Notes: generated by a model not told the origin, from the letters alone. A stretch of DNA of 63,012 nucleotides from Cirrosporium novae-zelandiae (GCA_026023565.1 JAPETS010000015.1:620001-683012), one strand, 5' to 3'. Shown: positions 50,458 through 63,012, counted from the first letter of the stretch. Translations and numbers: made by a program.

Positions 50458-52366
50458 ATGGCGGAAGACCCCAAAAGCTTTGCCGATAAAGGCACAGGTG
50501 CTCATGACTCCGACGAGTACGATGCTGAGAGGACAGATCTCCATGGTCGCAGGCATAGTCGAATCACCCTGGAAGAAGATAGTGATTCCTCGATGAGTGT
50601 TGGGAAACAGATTGAATTGGAAGGAAATAATGCAATTAAGTATAGGACATGTAGCTGGCCCAAGGTGATTTAGAATCCTCCGCTTCTCGTCGCTCTCTTC
50701 TTTCCTCTGGATATAACAACGACATCATCGTCATCGATCTCAGAAGAGATCCCCGGTTTCCCAATGGCACGCCTTCAAATTTCTAGTTTTCTTTGAATGT
50801 CTACCTTTGTGGTGGAATTGATCTGATAATGTGACGCTAGACTGCTGCTCTACTTTTCTCCGAGTATATTTGTCTGGCTATTATGTCATTCCCTTGGTCA
50901 TATTCGATATTGGGCTTGGTTCCAGGTCTAATCATGACAGTTGTCGTGGCAGCCTTGGTCCTATACACCTCCCTGGTAGTCTGGTCAGTTCAATTCTTAG
51001 ATTCCATAAAAGTAACATTATCTCATTCTTGTATTAGGGAATTCTGCCTCCGACACCCAGAGATTCGCGATGTATGCGATATTGGACAAATGCTGTACTG
51101 GAATTCCAAATGGGCATGGTGGCTAACGGCAGTAATGTTCATCCTAAACAACACCTTTATCCAAGTGAGATAAGACACTCCCATACCCTCAAAGTCAGCG
51201 GACCTAATCCCTCTCGATCAAAAAGGGCCTCCACGTTTTAACGTTTGCCAAATACCTGAACACCATGAGCAGCCACGGCGAATGCACGGTCGTCTTCGCC
51301 GTCATCAGCGCCATCATCTGCTTTGTGTTCTCACTACCGCGGACATTTTCCACGCTGGCAAAACTAGCTTCAGCATCCGCATTCTTTACCTTCATATCCG
51401 TGCTGCTCGCAACCATCTTTGCGGCCGTCGAACCCCACCCGGCCAATTACCACGCGGACCCCAACTATATTGACCCATCAACCGGAACCAACTACGGAGG
51501 CGCGCCCAAGGTCCTCGCGGTCCCCGCCGCCGGCACTACCTTCGTCGCGGGGATGAATGCCTGGCTCAACATTAGCTACACCTTCATCGGGCAGATTACA
51601 ATCCCATCCTTCATCGCGGAAATGAAAAATCCGCGCGACTTCCCCAAGGCCCTCTGGGCCGTCACAATTTGCGAGGTCATCCTCTTCTCTCTCGTTGGCG
51701 CCATCATCTATGCCTACACCGGCACCCAGTACATGACCGCCCCAGCCTTCGGCTCGCTAGGAAATGTCGTCTACAAAAAAGTCTCCTTCAGCTTCATGAT
51801 CCCAACCTTAATCTTCCTGGGCGTCCTCTACGCCTCCGTGTCCGCGCGTTTCGTCTTCTTCCGTCTCTTCGATAACACCCGCCACAAGGGCAACCACACG
51901 ATACTGGGCTGGGGCAGTTGGATCGGGATCCTCGCCGCCCTCTGGGTCCTCGCTTTCATCATCGCCGAGGTCATTCCATTCTTCTCGGATCTCCTCAGTC
52001 TCATGAGCAGCCTCTTCGATTGCTTCTTCGGGTTTATCTTCTGGGGAACGGCATATCTGCGCATGCGGCGCAAGGATTTTGGTCCGTCGTTTTACAAGAG
52101 TAGGGGCGCCAGAGGCTGGATCGGGTTCGTGTTCAATTGGATCTTGATCGCAATTGGCTTCTTCATGTTGGGTGTGGGAACTTATGTAAGCTTCTTCTTC
52201 TTCTTCATCTACACCCCATCACTACAATCACCAATTACCACAACCAAAAAACCCACTCCAATAACTAACACTTTCCCCCCCTTAGGCCTCCGTAGACCAA
52301 ATAATCCTAGACTACGAAAGCGGCTCCGTCGGTGGTGTTTTCACCTGCGAAGATAATGGAATATAA
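50458..52366 (+). CDS. Neutral amino acid permease, Mtr/AAAP (Aa_trans) family
   Basis: Exons 50458-50664, 50841-50983, 51038-51164, 51226-52185, 52286-52366. Motifs IKYRTCSWPKTAALLFSEYICLAIMSFPWS, HPEIRDVCDIG, SFIAEMKNPRDFPKAL, and many TM helices. Confidence 0.93.
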
Positions 52367-52853
52367 GCATCGCGTATATACGTACTCATAACAAAAAACT
52401 TATTATCATTAGAAGATATCCCATATTGAAGATAGAGGAGCGGGCGGGGTGAGAGGGAGGGGATGAAGGAGATTTTGATAATGTGATGAAACAATAATAT
52501 GGATATTGATATTGATATTTGGTATTGATATTGATTTGGATATAAATACGGATGTAAAATGCTTATTTATTTATTCATTTATTTGTGCGTGTGTGGATAT
52601 ATATATACCCATGATGAATTGAACTGAACTAGACCTCTTCTATCTCTATCCTATCCCTATCCTATATTTCCCCATCAATACCCAAGACCGGACCTAACCT
52701 AGCCTGAAGCCAAATAAAACCCCACATCAGCGAAACCCCTCCCCTCCCCCACCAAGTCGAGATTTTTATTTTTATTTATTTATTTTATTCCTTGGGAGTT
52801 TGTCGGAAAGGTATATAGATATAGATTGATATAAATGGGGAGGTTAGTAAATT

Positions 52854-53760
52854 AGTAAATAGGATGCATGGATGGATGGTTTATATAGAAAAGTAAATAG
52901 GATGCATGGATGGATGGTTTATATAAAAAAGTAAAAAGGAAGAAGTAAAAGTAAAAAGGAAGTTGGGTTAGGTTGATGAATTGATTTGATATTAACCTAG
53001 GAACATATATCTATGCCTACAAAATGGATATCGAACTCAAGGCCAAATTCCAAATCCCAAATCTAGAACTAGATGGGGCATAAAACACAAGCAAGAAGCA
53101 AGAAGCAAGAAGCATATAGGGATGGATATAAAACACAAGCATAAGCACATAAAAACATGATAATATTTCATATAATTTCATATAATTTCATATAATTTAT
53201 GTACTGTATGCCACACCCCTCCCTCCCCCTTCCTTCCCTCTCCTCCTCTTCTAGATCCAAACCCATCTATCCCCGTTTCAGGATCTCAGATCTCGAACCC
53301 CCACCCCTTCCTCCTCCTCATCATCAGGAGCCAAGTCAATGTTTCGTTTCTTTTACTATCCAAGCATGCCTGCCTAGCAAAAGTCCCTAACAAAGCCGAT
53401 CCCCCGATCTAATCCGATGAATGGATGAATAGATCTGATGGATGGATGAATGAATGAATGAATGACATGCTTAACAACGAGCTCCAGGGTTATCCGAATG
53501 TATTGTATTGCATTCCATTCTCTGTCTTTTGTTTCTGATTTCTTGTTTCGTGTCTGAGGAACTAGGATATAAAAAGAAGAAAGGAAAAAAATAATACTGT
53601 ATTTGTATTGTAATAATGGATGAATAATCTCTACAACTACTCCAACTACAATGTCCAGGGTTATCCAAATGTATTCGCATTCGTATTCTGTTCTTAAGAA
53701 ACGGAAGAAAAGAAAGAAAGGAAAAAATAATATTGTATTGTAGTAATAATGAATGAATGA
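52854..53760. repeat. Low-complexity intergenic region with local direct duplications and microsatellites
   Basis: AGTAAATAGGATGCATGGATGGATGGTTTATATA occurs twice (~52854 and ~52892). Also (GCAAGAA)n and (TAATTTCATA)x3. An imperfect duplication CCAGGGTTATCC.AATGTATT...AAGAAAGGAAAAAATAATA.TGTATT occurs at ~53485 and ~53655. Confidence 0.8.
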
Positions 53761-54072
53761 ACGAACGAATCAGTCCTATTCCTCTTCCTTATTCATGCGT
53801 CTGTCTACTGTACTGTAGAAAGGAAAAAAAGAAAAACCCCTAACCCCAAATTTTGGTTATCGAAACAATCCTTTCCTTTTTCTCAACCCAAGCCTCCTCG
53901 TTCTCTCATGCTCTCGTCGTCATCGTTGTCGTACGATCATGCTCATGTTCTCTCATGCTCGCGTTCCCTCGTTTCTCTCATTCTCATGCTCTCATAATGA
54001 ATTCATGGCACATCAAAAAAAAAATTAAACCGTGGTGGTGTAGCATGTATGTATGTATTATTGGGGGTTTCA

Positions 54073-55813
54073 TCATAACCTCCTAACTCCAATCCTTGCT
54101 TTTGGTCTTGGTTTTGCTGTTCGGTGGACTAGGGGTATTGTTTTTATTGTTGTTGTGGGATTTGTGGGTTTGAGGGTGGGTTGGGGTTGGGATTGTGGAG
54201 GGGGGCTGTTTGGTATTGTTGTCGTTGTGGATATGGGTTTTGTTGTTAGGGGGGTGGAGTTGCTGCTGTCATTTCTAGCTTCGTGCGCGGTTGGCATTGT
54301 TGAATTTTCTTTGCTGTCATCTGCAATAGCGATGCTGGTGCTGTTGGTGTTGTTAACTGCTGCGGCTGGTTTGGCTAGAGTCGCGAGGTCGTCTGATGCG
54401 TTCTCGTTGTCATGTAGAGTATTAATATCCTTCCTAATCTCCGATAACTTCAATGTTTTCCTAGGTGGCTCGGCCATTGTTAGTGCAGGTCGGGTGGCGT
54501 TTAAACCAACTCTGTCAAGTTGATGACTGCGACTGCGATTGTGATTGTGACTATGTGTCGATGGTGGATATGTCTCTTGGGTAATGTTTTTGGCAATGTT
54601 TTTTTCCGATGATGTTAGGCCAGGCATATTCTCGTCATCTTCATCGTCCTCGAATTCTGATTCCATGGGTGTGGGTAGGTCAGATAGCGGACGCTTGCCG
54701 AGGACGCTTTTTCGGGGGCTTGGTGGAGGGGGCACAGGGGAAGGAGAAAGTGTGGGGTCATTTTCTTTGCTGGCTGATTCGGCGTTCTCTTCGTCCTCTT
54801 CGTCTTCATCGTTGGATGTCTCCGCTGTTTCCGTTGTACGTGATATATTGCCGTTGGTGATGATTTGAGTAGGTCTATCCCGAGTAGCGTGGAAGGAGTT
54901 GTCTGCTTTGCCGATATTCTTCATGATGACTTTATGCGTTCCCCCTGTTGTTTTACGATTGGCCTTCGTCTTTACTTCTCGGTCCTCGTGGATAATTGCG
55001 CCGATGTCGTCTCCTCTGCTTTTCGCTTCCATGACGGCTGATTTGAGATTGGGTGGTATGGAAGCGTGAATCGAGGTCATAAGCCGAGCATGTTGCGCGA
55101 ATTGTTGGTAGTCTTCTTGCAATAATTGGCCCGCAATTGGGTTTAGTGCTGAGTCGGGGTTAGGTTGGATCAGGAGGCAAGATATTGTCTATAGAAATGA
55201 GAAGTTAGTAATGGCTTATTGATGTAAATAATATGTTGGGTAGAATTTCAAGGAACCAAATTGAGTCGTAGTATAAAATACTCTTCTGGTCTGCTTGGAA
55301 CCACCAAATGCGTTCAACTTTGATATGAATGTCAATTGAAAATAGGTTGCATACAATAAGAATATCCCTCAACGTCAACTTTGGATCCCAGTCCCTCTTC
55401 AGCGTATCGACGCATATACTACCAGTGGATTCTTCCACATTGGGATGCCATATGCGCGTTCGAAAGGAAGCTTTGGGAGGGTTTTTTGGATAATCATTAG
55501 GAATCCTCAAGAAAAGTTTCCATACTCCTTGGGAATACGGTGTACCCGACGGACCCGTCAAGAGGATCATGAGTTGTGTAAGGTCGTCAGAAATATCCGC
55601 CGACTCTGCGGGGAAAAGATAGTAGGGCGGGAGGTCTTTTTTGTGGAGAGCAGCATGGTCGGAGGCGAGCCGTCGTAGTGTTGAGGAGTTCTGAGTAGAA
55701 TGTGTATCAGTAATTAGACATGTAATATTTTGACGGTCAAGCAAGAACAACAAAAAAAATAACCAAATTATTGCAGCATGTAAACACGACAATTGCATGT
55801 TAGTGCTCACCAT
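54073..55813 (-). CDS. Ubiquitin-conjugating enzyme E2, UBE2S-like, with long disordered C-terminus
   Basis: Exons 55813-55811 (ATG only), 55690-55355, 55188-54073. Motifs [45 protein letters not shown]. Basic terminus ARIGVRRL is typical of UBE2S. Confidence 0.9.
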
Positions 55814-56444
55814 GATGACGATGCGGCGAATACGGGAAGTTTGAAAGTATAGCCAAAATGCAATATCTGTATTAATGACAGGATTGGTAGAGTAAGATAT
55901 GTGCAAAAAGGAAGTATAGTTTAGTAGGTACTAGGGACTTTATAATTAAGTAAAGACAAATGCAAACAATGAAATGGCCCTCGGACGCGACATCAACATT
56001 GTTATGATCTGCAGGAGCTTTGTATCCAATCGGAGGCTTCCCGTCAGCCCTAGCAACTCACGAGCGCGCGACCCGTTTAACGATAAACAAACGATATCTC
56101 AAACAAAGATAAAGCCGATAAAAAGCCTCGACCACCTCGTTCTCTCCATCTATGTACTACCTCATCTGTTCTTGGAACACTTCTTGTAAATTCAAGTTTC
56201 AAATCTCACGTTGCTAAATAATGATATCAAACCCTAATCAATCTGATCATAGATCCCCCCCCCCCCCCACATAAAGCCACCAAATTCCAGCCATAATCCG
56301 ACCACGCCATTGCTTTCCATCAAAATTCTATGCACCATCGTACAAATCATTCAGCCGAAATGGATAACGCCCCATGAATTTTAGTGTCAAGTAACCAGTA
56401 CTGGCACGGTAAACAAAAATCAGATGAAACCTCCCTGTATCTCC

Positions 56445-56663
56445 TTAACCCCTCACTTTCTTGACCTTGCTTCTCCTCGATAGCTCCTTTCCTTTTGGAC
56501 CTGCGCAGTCGTTACACTCAGCGCAGGGGTCTCCTAGTGCAATGGTTTGCCAGACTTCCTTTTTCCCGCAGGGAGTTTGAATTAATCCAGCCTTTTGGCA
56601 ATATGTTGCAAATACAAATCGGGAACATCCACATTGCCATTGGTGCTTGTAGTATCGACACAT
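56445..56663 (-). CDS. Small Cys-rich putative metal-binding protein (72 aa)
   Basis: MCRYYKHQWQCGC...FATYC...QTPC...WQTI...CAECNDC, followed by a basic tail. Good Kozak context (GCCACGATG). Resembles small fungal proteins that begin MC-x8-CG[HC]. Confidence 0.7.
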   Translation of the reverse strand: MCRYYKHQWQCGCSRFVFATYCQKAGLIQTPCGKKEVWQTIALGDPCAECNDCAGPKGKELSRRSKVKKVRG

Positions 56664-58192
56664 CGTGGCTCAAGATTTGTCTAATGCAATTAGATAAGTC
56701 AACGAAATAGGGGAAAACACCATTTACTAGTTGAGAGGCTTGAAGAGGGGCTTTGAGAATTGGTATAAGCTGGCAATCTTCCTGAAGATGGCTGCCCTAA
56801 GAGGTGGATTTGAATGATTGTAAAAGGAGGATGACTTCCAGAGTCCCAGAGCTTAAGAGAATTTGGGAGCTCCTTTGAAATAGAAGAATAGAAATGATCA
56901 AAGACTTTGCAGTTTGAATAATAGATGGGAAGATCAAGATGTGGAGACATGGAGGGCCATTTGATAACCTTTATATAAACCCCTGGCTCTTTCAATCTTT
57001 GAGGAAGCAAGTATCAGCATTAACAGCAATCTTGACAGTCTGTCGGACATCTTGGTTACAGGAGACCTGGAACGTCTTTCTGGTCCAACAATGGGATAAC
57101 TTGAAACAAAGTGATATGGAAAGCAAGGCGGTTTGTTTGCACAGAATGTAATTTGCAGTTACTTGCCGTGTAAAAACTGTGTGGGACAATCACGGATCTT
57201 GTGTTGAAACTCAATGGCAATAGCAGCAACCAAACAAATACCCAGAAGAAAGAGCAGGGATTATGGAATCGAGTGTCATGGCATAGTCGAGACTCGGCCT
57301 CAGTGTAACAAGGACAAACCTGTGTTGTGAGATATGTACGATGTACAGCACATGTCGAGAAAGGAATAACATAATTCTGAAGCAGGGCAGGTGTAGGGTT
57401 TTGTTATTGTCCAAAGTAGTGGGATAATGAACAAAGTGATATTCAAGCCTTTTTGAACATTATTCAGCGCTGACATGATATCTCATATATCCTGGGATTG
57501 GAATCCATGATAATTTCCAAGGATGTAGAATGACACAAGGGATCTTTGAGTGCTTGTTACCGCTCAAGGGCTTTGATTCTTGAGTCATTTTCCTTGACTG
57601 TCTTGACCAAGGTAGGTACCTTGACTACCGTGGGTAGACAGTAAAGGGCAAACTTGAAAAAAAAAGTAACCAAACGTCAACTGTGAGTCTGTGACAAACC
57701 GAGCGTGTAGTTCTGGGACTGCTGCCAGCCATTCGGGCGGTATGTACACCGCTTCATCCCTTATTTTCTTCCGCTGTATTTATACTCTAGTTAGCGGGGG
57801 TCATGGAGGAGGAGTAGTTGATGGTTATCATGGTTTGGTAAAGATGGAATTTGTAGCCACGGTAACTGAGAGTAAATGATATATAAACAGAAATGTTTTA
57901 TCTAGTTGAAAATGTTAGAAGTAAAACGTTGAATAATTATTGTGTAGCACAACACAACGAGCTAGTAGGACAAAGCAAAGGGACGATGAATCGGGTGGGG
58001 GAACGGATTATCAGCATGGTCAAGGTCTAAGGAAGTTCGGGAGAGGCGCCGGGGACTGGGACGGGGTGTTTTAGCCTTTTGGTTGATGGTTGCTTTTTCA
58101 AGCAACCGGAGACTCGGGATTTAGGTAGCCACAAGAATGAACCGAACCAAACATAGGAGCCACAGGACATTTATTACCGTGGTATTTTGTAT

Positions 58193-58306
58193 GCCTGAGG
58201 CCTGAGGTCTGAGGTCTGAGGTCTGAGGTGCCCAGGGTTTCAGGGTGTGGTGTCTATGGTGTCTATGGTGTCTGTGCCAAGGCGTCAAGGTGTCAAGGTG
58301 TCCAAG
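58193..58306. repeat. Compound short tandem repeats
   Basis: (G[C/T]CTGAG)x5, (GGTGTCTAT)x2-3, (CAAGG[C/T]GT)x3. Confidence 0.85.
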
Positions 58307-58589
58307 ACTCCGAGATTAAATTAATTCCTTCAACATCCGCTTGTTTTTGCCTGTTTTACTTGTTTTGCCTCTTTTTGATTAAGCAACTGGTCCGATCGGA
58401 TGCCACGTAGTTTGTTGATTTAATTCCCTGGCTCTAAAAAATAATCCAACTAAGCCTCCATGCAAGAACAGCTCAAACCAATCGAACTATTGTTCAATAC
58501 TGCAAATCTGTATACTACCATAACTTCATAGTACTAGTTCTCTACCACAGCAGCCAGCTAACCTGATTTCGCTGGTGAACACAGCTTTG

Positions 58590-58652
58590 GCACTTAATGA
58601 CACTTAATGACACTTAATGACACTTAATGACACTTATGACACTTATGACACT
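58590..58652. repeat. Tandem repeat (CACTTAATGA)x4 followed by (CACTTATGA)x2
   Basis: Read directly from the sequence; the unit shortens by one A part-way through the array. Confidence 0.9.
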
Positions 58653-60030
58653 TTTCTCAAATTCTCAGCCTCTTGCCTCCTTACCAAAAAAAAAAAGATC
58701 CTTTAGTTATCTTTAAGTGCAGCTGTCCATATCTTCAAACCTCCAATCTGCAGTGGAGCGTTGATTTTTCCTAAAGCATAACTCATGATTGAAAGAGTTG
58801 GGCAGCAGTCGATGCCATTATTCCCTTTTACCTTTCTTACGACAACAGTTTTAGCAGACATTAAATTTCTCTGCTGACATGGTTCGATAGAGCCTTGACC
58901 AACTCTTCACCGCACGCCACAAAACTTGACATCAATATGCTTAGGATTCCTCCCCAGCGCACACCATGAATTGCTGTCCCTCTACTCTGTATAACTATTT
59001 ATTCAATATTTTTTATCTTTCATCCTGTCCTGTGATAATCAACACCTCCCGATAGCCCAACGACCAAAATTCGTATAACGTTCATCTTCAATTGAATCCA
59101 TCCATGGTTCGTCTCCAACTCTCGAATTCTCTTTAACATTCCGGGTATGCTTCTGAATATGGTTTGCCAATGCCTCATGCGGTGGCTGACTCTTTGTGAA
59201 TAGTTATTAAAAGATACCTTGTACAAACAATCTACCATTTGTGATTATAGTCTCCATCCGCCTGCGTACTGTACATCCTTTTATGGTTACTACTTTGATC
59301 GAATTACTCTTTCTCGAACATACTTAACTTGTATAATACGTCATTTTGTCGTTTCGATGCCCGAATTTTCTGTACCATCAGCACAGCGTACATATCTCAT
59401 ACGTTAAAGATCCGAAACAACTGGCCCGCGGAATTCCAGGCCTAGAGTGAAAATCAAACCACATTTATTGCCGCCAACATCATCTGCCAACTTGCCATTG
59501 TATCTTAATCCTCAAATCCCACATCCGAAAACTTTCCATTGCGCTCGACATTCTGAGGAACAGCCACCTTACAATCTCCATAATTGACTTCTTTGGTTTC
59601 AAAAGAAATTCCTCCCTCAGGTCACTACAGGTATCTCCGCCTAGTATTGCTTTGGAGTGATTCTGGTTTTCACGTGAAATCCAGTAAGGTTGGCGATTCG
59701 CTCGAATAATAGCGCGCGCTTAAACGGGTAAGCGCGTCTTATCTTCTCTTTCCGTGTCTAAGTCGAGGATGCATCAATTTCTATTTTAAAACATGAGCTC
59801 CATGGATTTACCCACGCGCGAAATGATTATGCGTTGTCTTTGAGCTACTTATTTCATGCTATTGGTCCCCTCCGAGGACTTTCTCAGTGCCCCACCTCAA
59901 ATCGTTCAATTTACTTTTCCCATTAGCCATGACTTCACCAAATGTTGAACTCCCGAGAATGAACCCCGAGCTAACTTATCTCTCCCGAGAATGGGAGGAA
60001 AGAATAGATCCAGAGTATTACTCTGTTTGG

Positions 60031-60996
60031 ATGGCCTCCTCAGAGGTTGATCAGAAGTACTTGGGGCGATTCGCCAAAAGTACTAGCGAAGTGAATCCGT
60101 TTCTCTCTGCTATGCTATACAAAGTCCTTGGACTATCTGTCATCTTATCCAAGAAGCTCCTTCGTGCTCGACAAAAACGGCGCCTTGACACCTTACGCGA
60201 TACGAAGTCGTTGCAACTGTATCATCATATTATCTGGCTATCGAGAGAGGGTCTGATTCTTGTCGAACAATATGTTCTCCCGATGGTCACAGAATATGTT
60301 GAACTGAGGGTTCTAGCTTACAAGCTGCAAGCATCCTTCTATCACATTTTTGTACTCTTTCACAATCAGCCAACCATTCACCATGCGAAATTTTCAAGTT
60401 CTACCGCCTCCAGCACATCACCCACGAAACCTGAAACACCATTTTTAGACGGAGGGGGCAAACCCTACGATCGAGGCTCGATTCGTGCTACTCCACCCTT
60501 ATCCTTCCCTCAAGGTGGCCCCGTCGGCGGGTCTGCTCCACCGGGGCTGTCACCAATCTCTCCCACCAAACCTGCAGCAAGTTTCTTGCTACCCGCTAAA
60601 GATTATATTCCGACAACAACCCAGTGCTTCAAGGCAGCAGTAGAGCTTTCCGAGGCTTTACTACCAGGTTCGCACCCAATCAGACTCAGTGTCAAACTAG
60701 AATATGCCGCCTTCATGTATGACTGCCTTCATGAAGGGCCTAGTTCGCGCCGTTTAGCGAAGCAGGCAATTGCGGATGTCTACAACGCGCCAGAAGGGAT
60801 GGACGACGATACATTCGAGGATGCAGCCGAGTTGGTTGGAACACTAGCAAAGATGATGAAGAGGGGTTTGAATGGATCCACCTCGAGAAGCACTCTTGGA
60901 CCGGGAAGTGAAAGTGGGGAAAGTAGAGGAAAAACATCCACAGGAAAAGTACTAGAGCCTGCAATACCAAGTATCGGGATGGAGAACCCCATATGA
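60031..60996 (+). CDS. Divergent 14-3-3-like protein
   Basis: C-terminal LPGSHPIRLSVKLEYAAFMYD...LAKQAIADVY...DDDTFEDAAELV matches 14-3-3 helices 7-9 (canonical THPIRLGLALNFSVFYYE). Likely start MASSEVDQK at 60031; in-frame upstream ATGs exist at 59929 and 59959. Confidence 0.85.
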   Translation: MASSEVDQKYLGRFAKSTSEVNPFLSAMLYKVLGLSVILSKKLLRARQKRRLDTLRDTKSLQLYHHIIWLSREGLILVEQYVLPMVTEYVELRVLAYKLQASFYHIFVLFHNQPTIHHAKFSSSTASSTSPTKPETPFLDGGGKPYDRGSIRATPPLSFPQGGPVGGSAPPGLSPISPTKPAASFLLPAKDYIPTTTQCFKAAVELSEALLPGSHPIRLSVKLEYAAFMYDCLHEGPSSRRLAKQAIADVYNAPEGMDDDTFEDAAELVGTLAKMMKRGLNGSTSRSTLGPGSESGESRGKTSTGKVLEPAIPSIGMENPI

Positions 60997-61734
60997 CAGG
61001 TGAGGGTATGAATATCTGGAGTTTATGATAATGCAGCATGATGTGAGCCTTGAGCGTTTTTTCGCATGGAGGGGTGTTTGGGATCAAGAGATTTCCCTGA
61101 AATTCACGTGGGTCTCCAATTATGATGTATGTGTTTTGAGATCTTTTGCGTAATTGTACGATACAGCCGTTCGCTTCTTGTTGAGAATTGATGAGACTTC
61201 GATTTCCAAATCCAAATGATTATATCTTCATCGACTACTAAATGATCAACTTTTCTGCTGGCGTTTCAAACTTAAGGAGGCAAAATCCTTTCCAAACCAA
61301 GGACACAGATCATGTATTTCTAGATCACATGTATGTAGTATACCCTACCCTAACCCTTCATACAGTTGAGTGTATGCTTCAATCAAACATTTCCCGACCA
61401 GCTATAGACTATCCTCGAAATCGTCCCCGTGGACACAAACAAACATATCAATCCATCAATCCATTAGCCATGAAAACTTCAGTTTTCTCTCCTCCCCTCC
61501 TCTCCCTCCACAACCAACCAACCACTTTAACAAAACAACTTTCCAGCAAAGAGCCTTTCATTTATTTTGCACAATCAATCAATCAAGATATGCCTATCAG
61601 AGAGAAGGGTAGCCACTCAGCCCCCCCAAATAGATAATCGATAATCGATAGCTATAGAGGCGAAATCAATAGCACACACACAGCCCTTGATTTGACTTGA
61701 CTTGACTGAAAAATCCACCTACTTGGTACAACAA

Positions 61735-62010
61735 TTCGTTTCATTCGTTTCGTTCGTTTCGTTCGTTTTCGTTCGTTTTCGTTCGTTTTCGTTTCGAGGT
61801 CTATGAGATTGTTGTATCCATATATGGAATAATACTTTCTAGAAAGCTCTCTTCGTCTTCGTTTTCGTCTTCGTTTTCGTCTTCGTTTTCTTCTTCATCT
61901 TCTCCATCATATTCTCCATCCGTTTCCTCTTCCTCTTCCTCTTCCTCTTCCTCTTCCTCCTCTTCTTCTTCTTCATCCTCCTCATCTTCCTCATCTTCCC
62001 CATCTTCCCT
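61735..62010. repeat. Pyrimidine-rich microsatellite tract
   Basis: (TTCG)n and (TTTTCGTTCG)n, (TTCGTCTTCGTT)n, (TCCTCT)n and (TCT)n runs. Confidence 0.85.
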
Positions 62011-63012
62011 ATCCCCATCCCTTTCTATCCTCTCCCCAGCTCGAGAGAAAAGATAAGAAGAGACTATTATGTATGTACATGCATAAACCCATTCGCCTGA
62101 CATCATCAAAGATATTTAAGAAATATATACTTATTGTAAATAATTAGGGATGTTTTTTTTTGTGGGTGCGTCTTTGGAATCCTTAGGGGGGGGAAGGAAG
62201 GGGGGAGCTATATATATACTTGGTAAGTGGATATTTTAGATGTTTGGGTTGTTTTGTTATTTGGAGGGGAATGGGAGGGGGGAAGGGGGAAGTATATTTT
62301 CTCAAGCAAAACAAATCCCACTTACCTACCTACCAATTCAGCCCGTCATCGGCGTCCGTCATCATCATGATTACCGAGACAATGGAAAAAGATAAAAGGT
62401 TGCTGGACGCTGGACGCTGGATGGGGGGTTGCCAACAGCGACAACAATATTGGGATTGGGAGATGAGGGAAATTCAGGAAGACTGGTTGGTTTGGAAGCT
62501 AGATTCTTGTTCTTCGGTCATGATCGGGGTAATAACAATAACACTGTGGAGGAGCTCACATAAACAATAAACAAATAACAAAGGAAGACAATTTTTCTTC
62601 ATTATTATTATTATGGATTATCTAACGACGGCATTTTAGACTAAGTCCCACCAAGTACAAGTACGAGTACAAGTGAAAATGTCCCCTACTATCTACTATA
62701 CTACCATATAGTCTACCAAGTACCTTGATTTGTCTTGCTAGAGCCATCCTGATTCTGATCCCCAAGGTCCAAGGTTCAAGACATCTTTGACATTTGATAT
62801 GGACATGCTGCATATTGATAAATAAATATTCCCGAACCTGGTATCAAATTATTTATTTATTTATTTATCAGTTCAAAGTTACCAAAATTACCAAAATTAC
62901 CAAAAGAGTTTGATTTGGTTTCTTTTTCTTTCTTTCTTTCTTTTTCCCATCTAATTATCTACCTCGGTCCCCCCCCCCCCCCGGGTCCAGATTTCAAGTT
63001 AAATCCTTAAGT

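Noticed and set aside
35087..52366. Possible metabolic gene cluster (thioesterase, APS kinase, GCV1, GH27, permease)
   Set aside because: No backbone biosynthetic enzyme or cluster regulator; the genes are functionally unrelated housekeeping or nutrient genes.
53838..53847. CCCTAACCC telomere-like motif (also ~61348)
   Set aside because: Single units only; not an interstitial telomeric array.
61801..62109. Poly-Glu/Asp 102-aa ORF
   Set aside because: It is the translation of a GAR/GAY microsatellite, with no other coding signal.

Overview
Eukaryotic, intron-containing DNA from a filamentous ascomycete (Pezizomycotina-like GT..CTRAC..YAG introns, mostly 46-210 nt). It is a gene-dense, mostly housekeeping region with about 19 genes. 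In order: a chimeric degenerate-forkhead/CorA-like gene running off the left edge, a single-pass membrane protein, a long disordered protein, the HOG MAPKKK SSK2, ORC1, an 8-exon uncharacterized gene, prefoldin-5, mitochondrial ProRS, MAK21/NOC1, a hotdog thioesterase, VMA5, APS kinase (absent from the ORF track), an orphan, GCV1, a GH27 alpha-galactosidase, an Mtr-type amino acid permease, a UBE2S-like E2, a small Cys-rich protein and a divergent 14-3-3-like protein. Non-coding features are a TA-flanked 230-bp foldback MITE, twin MCB boxes upstream of ORC1, and several compound mini/microsatellites. The most notable observations are the forkhead-CorA fusion, repeated same-polarity C/A-to-G/T skew switches independent of gene strand, the MITE, and an apparent excess of AAG 3' splice sites. 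All exon models were built by eye and family calls come from remembered motifs; no database search was run.
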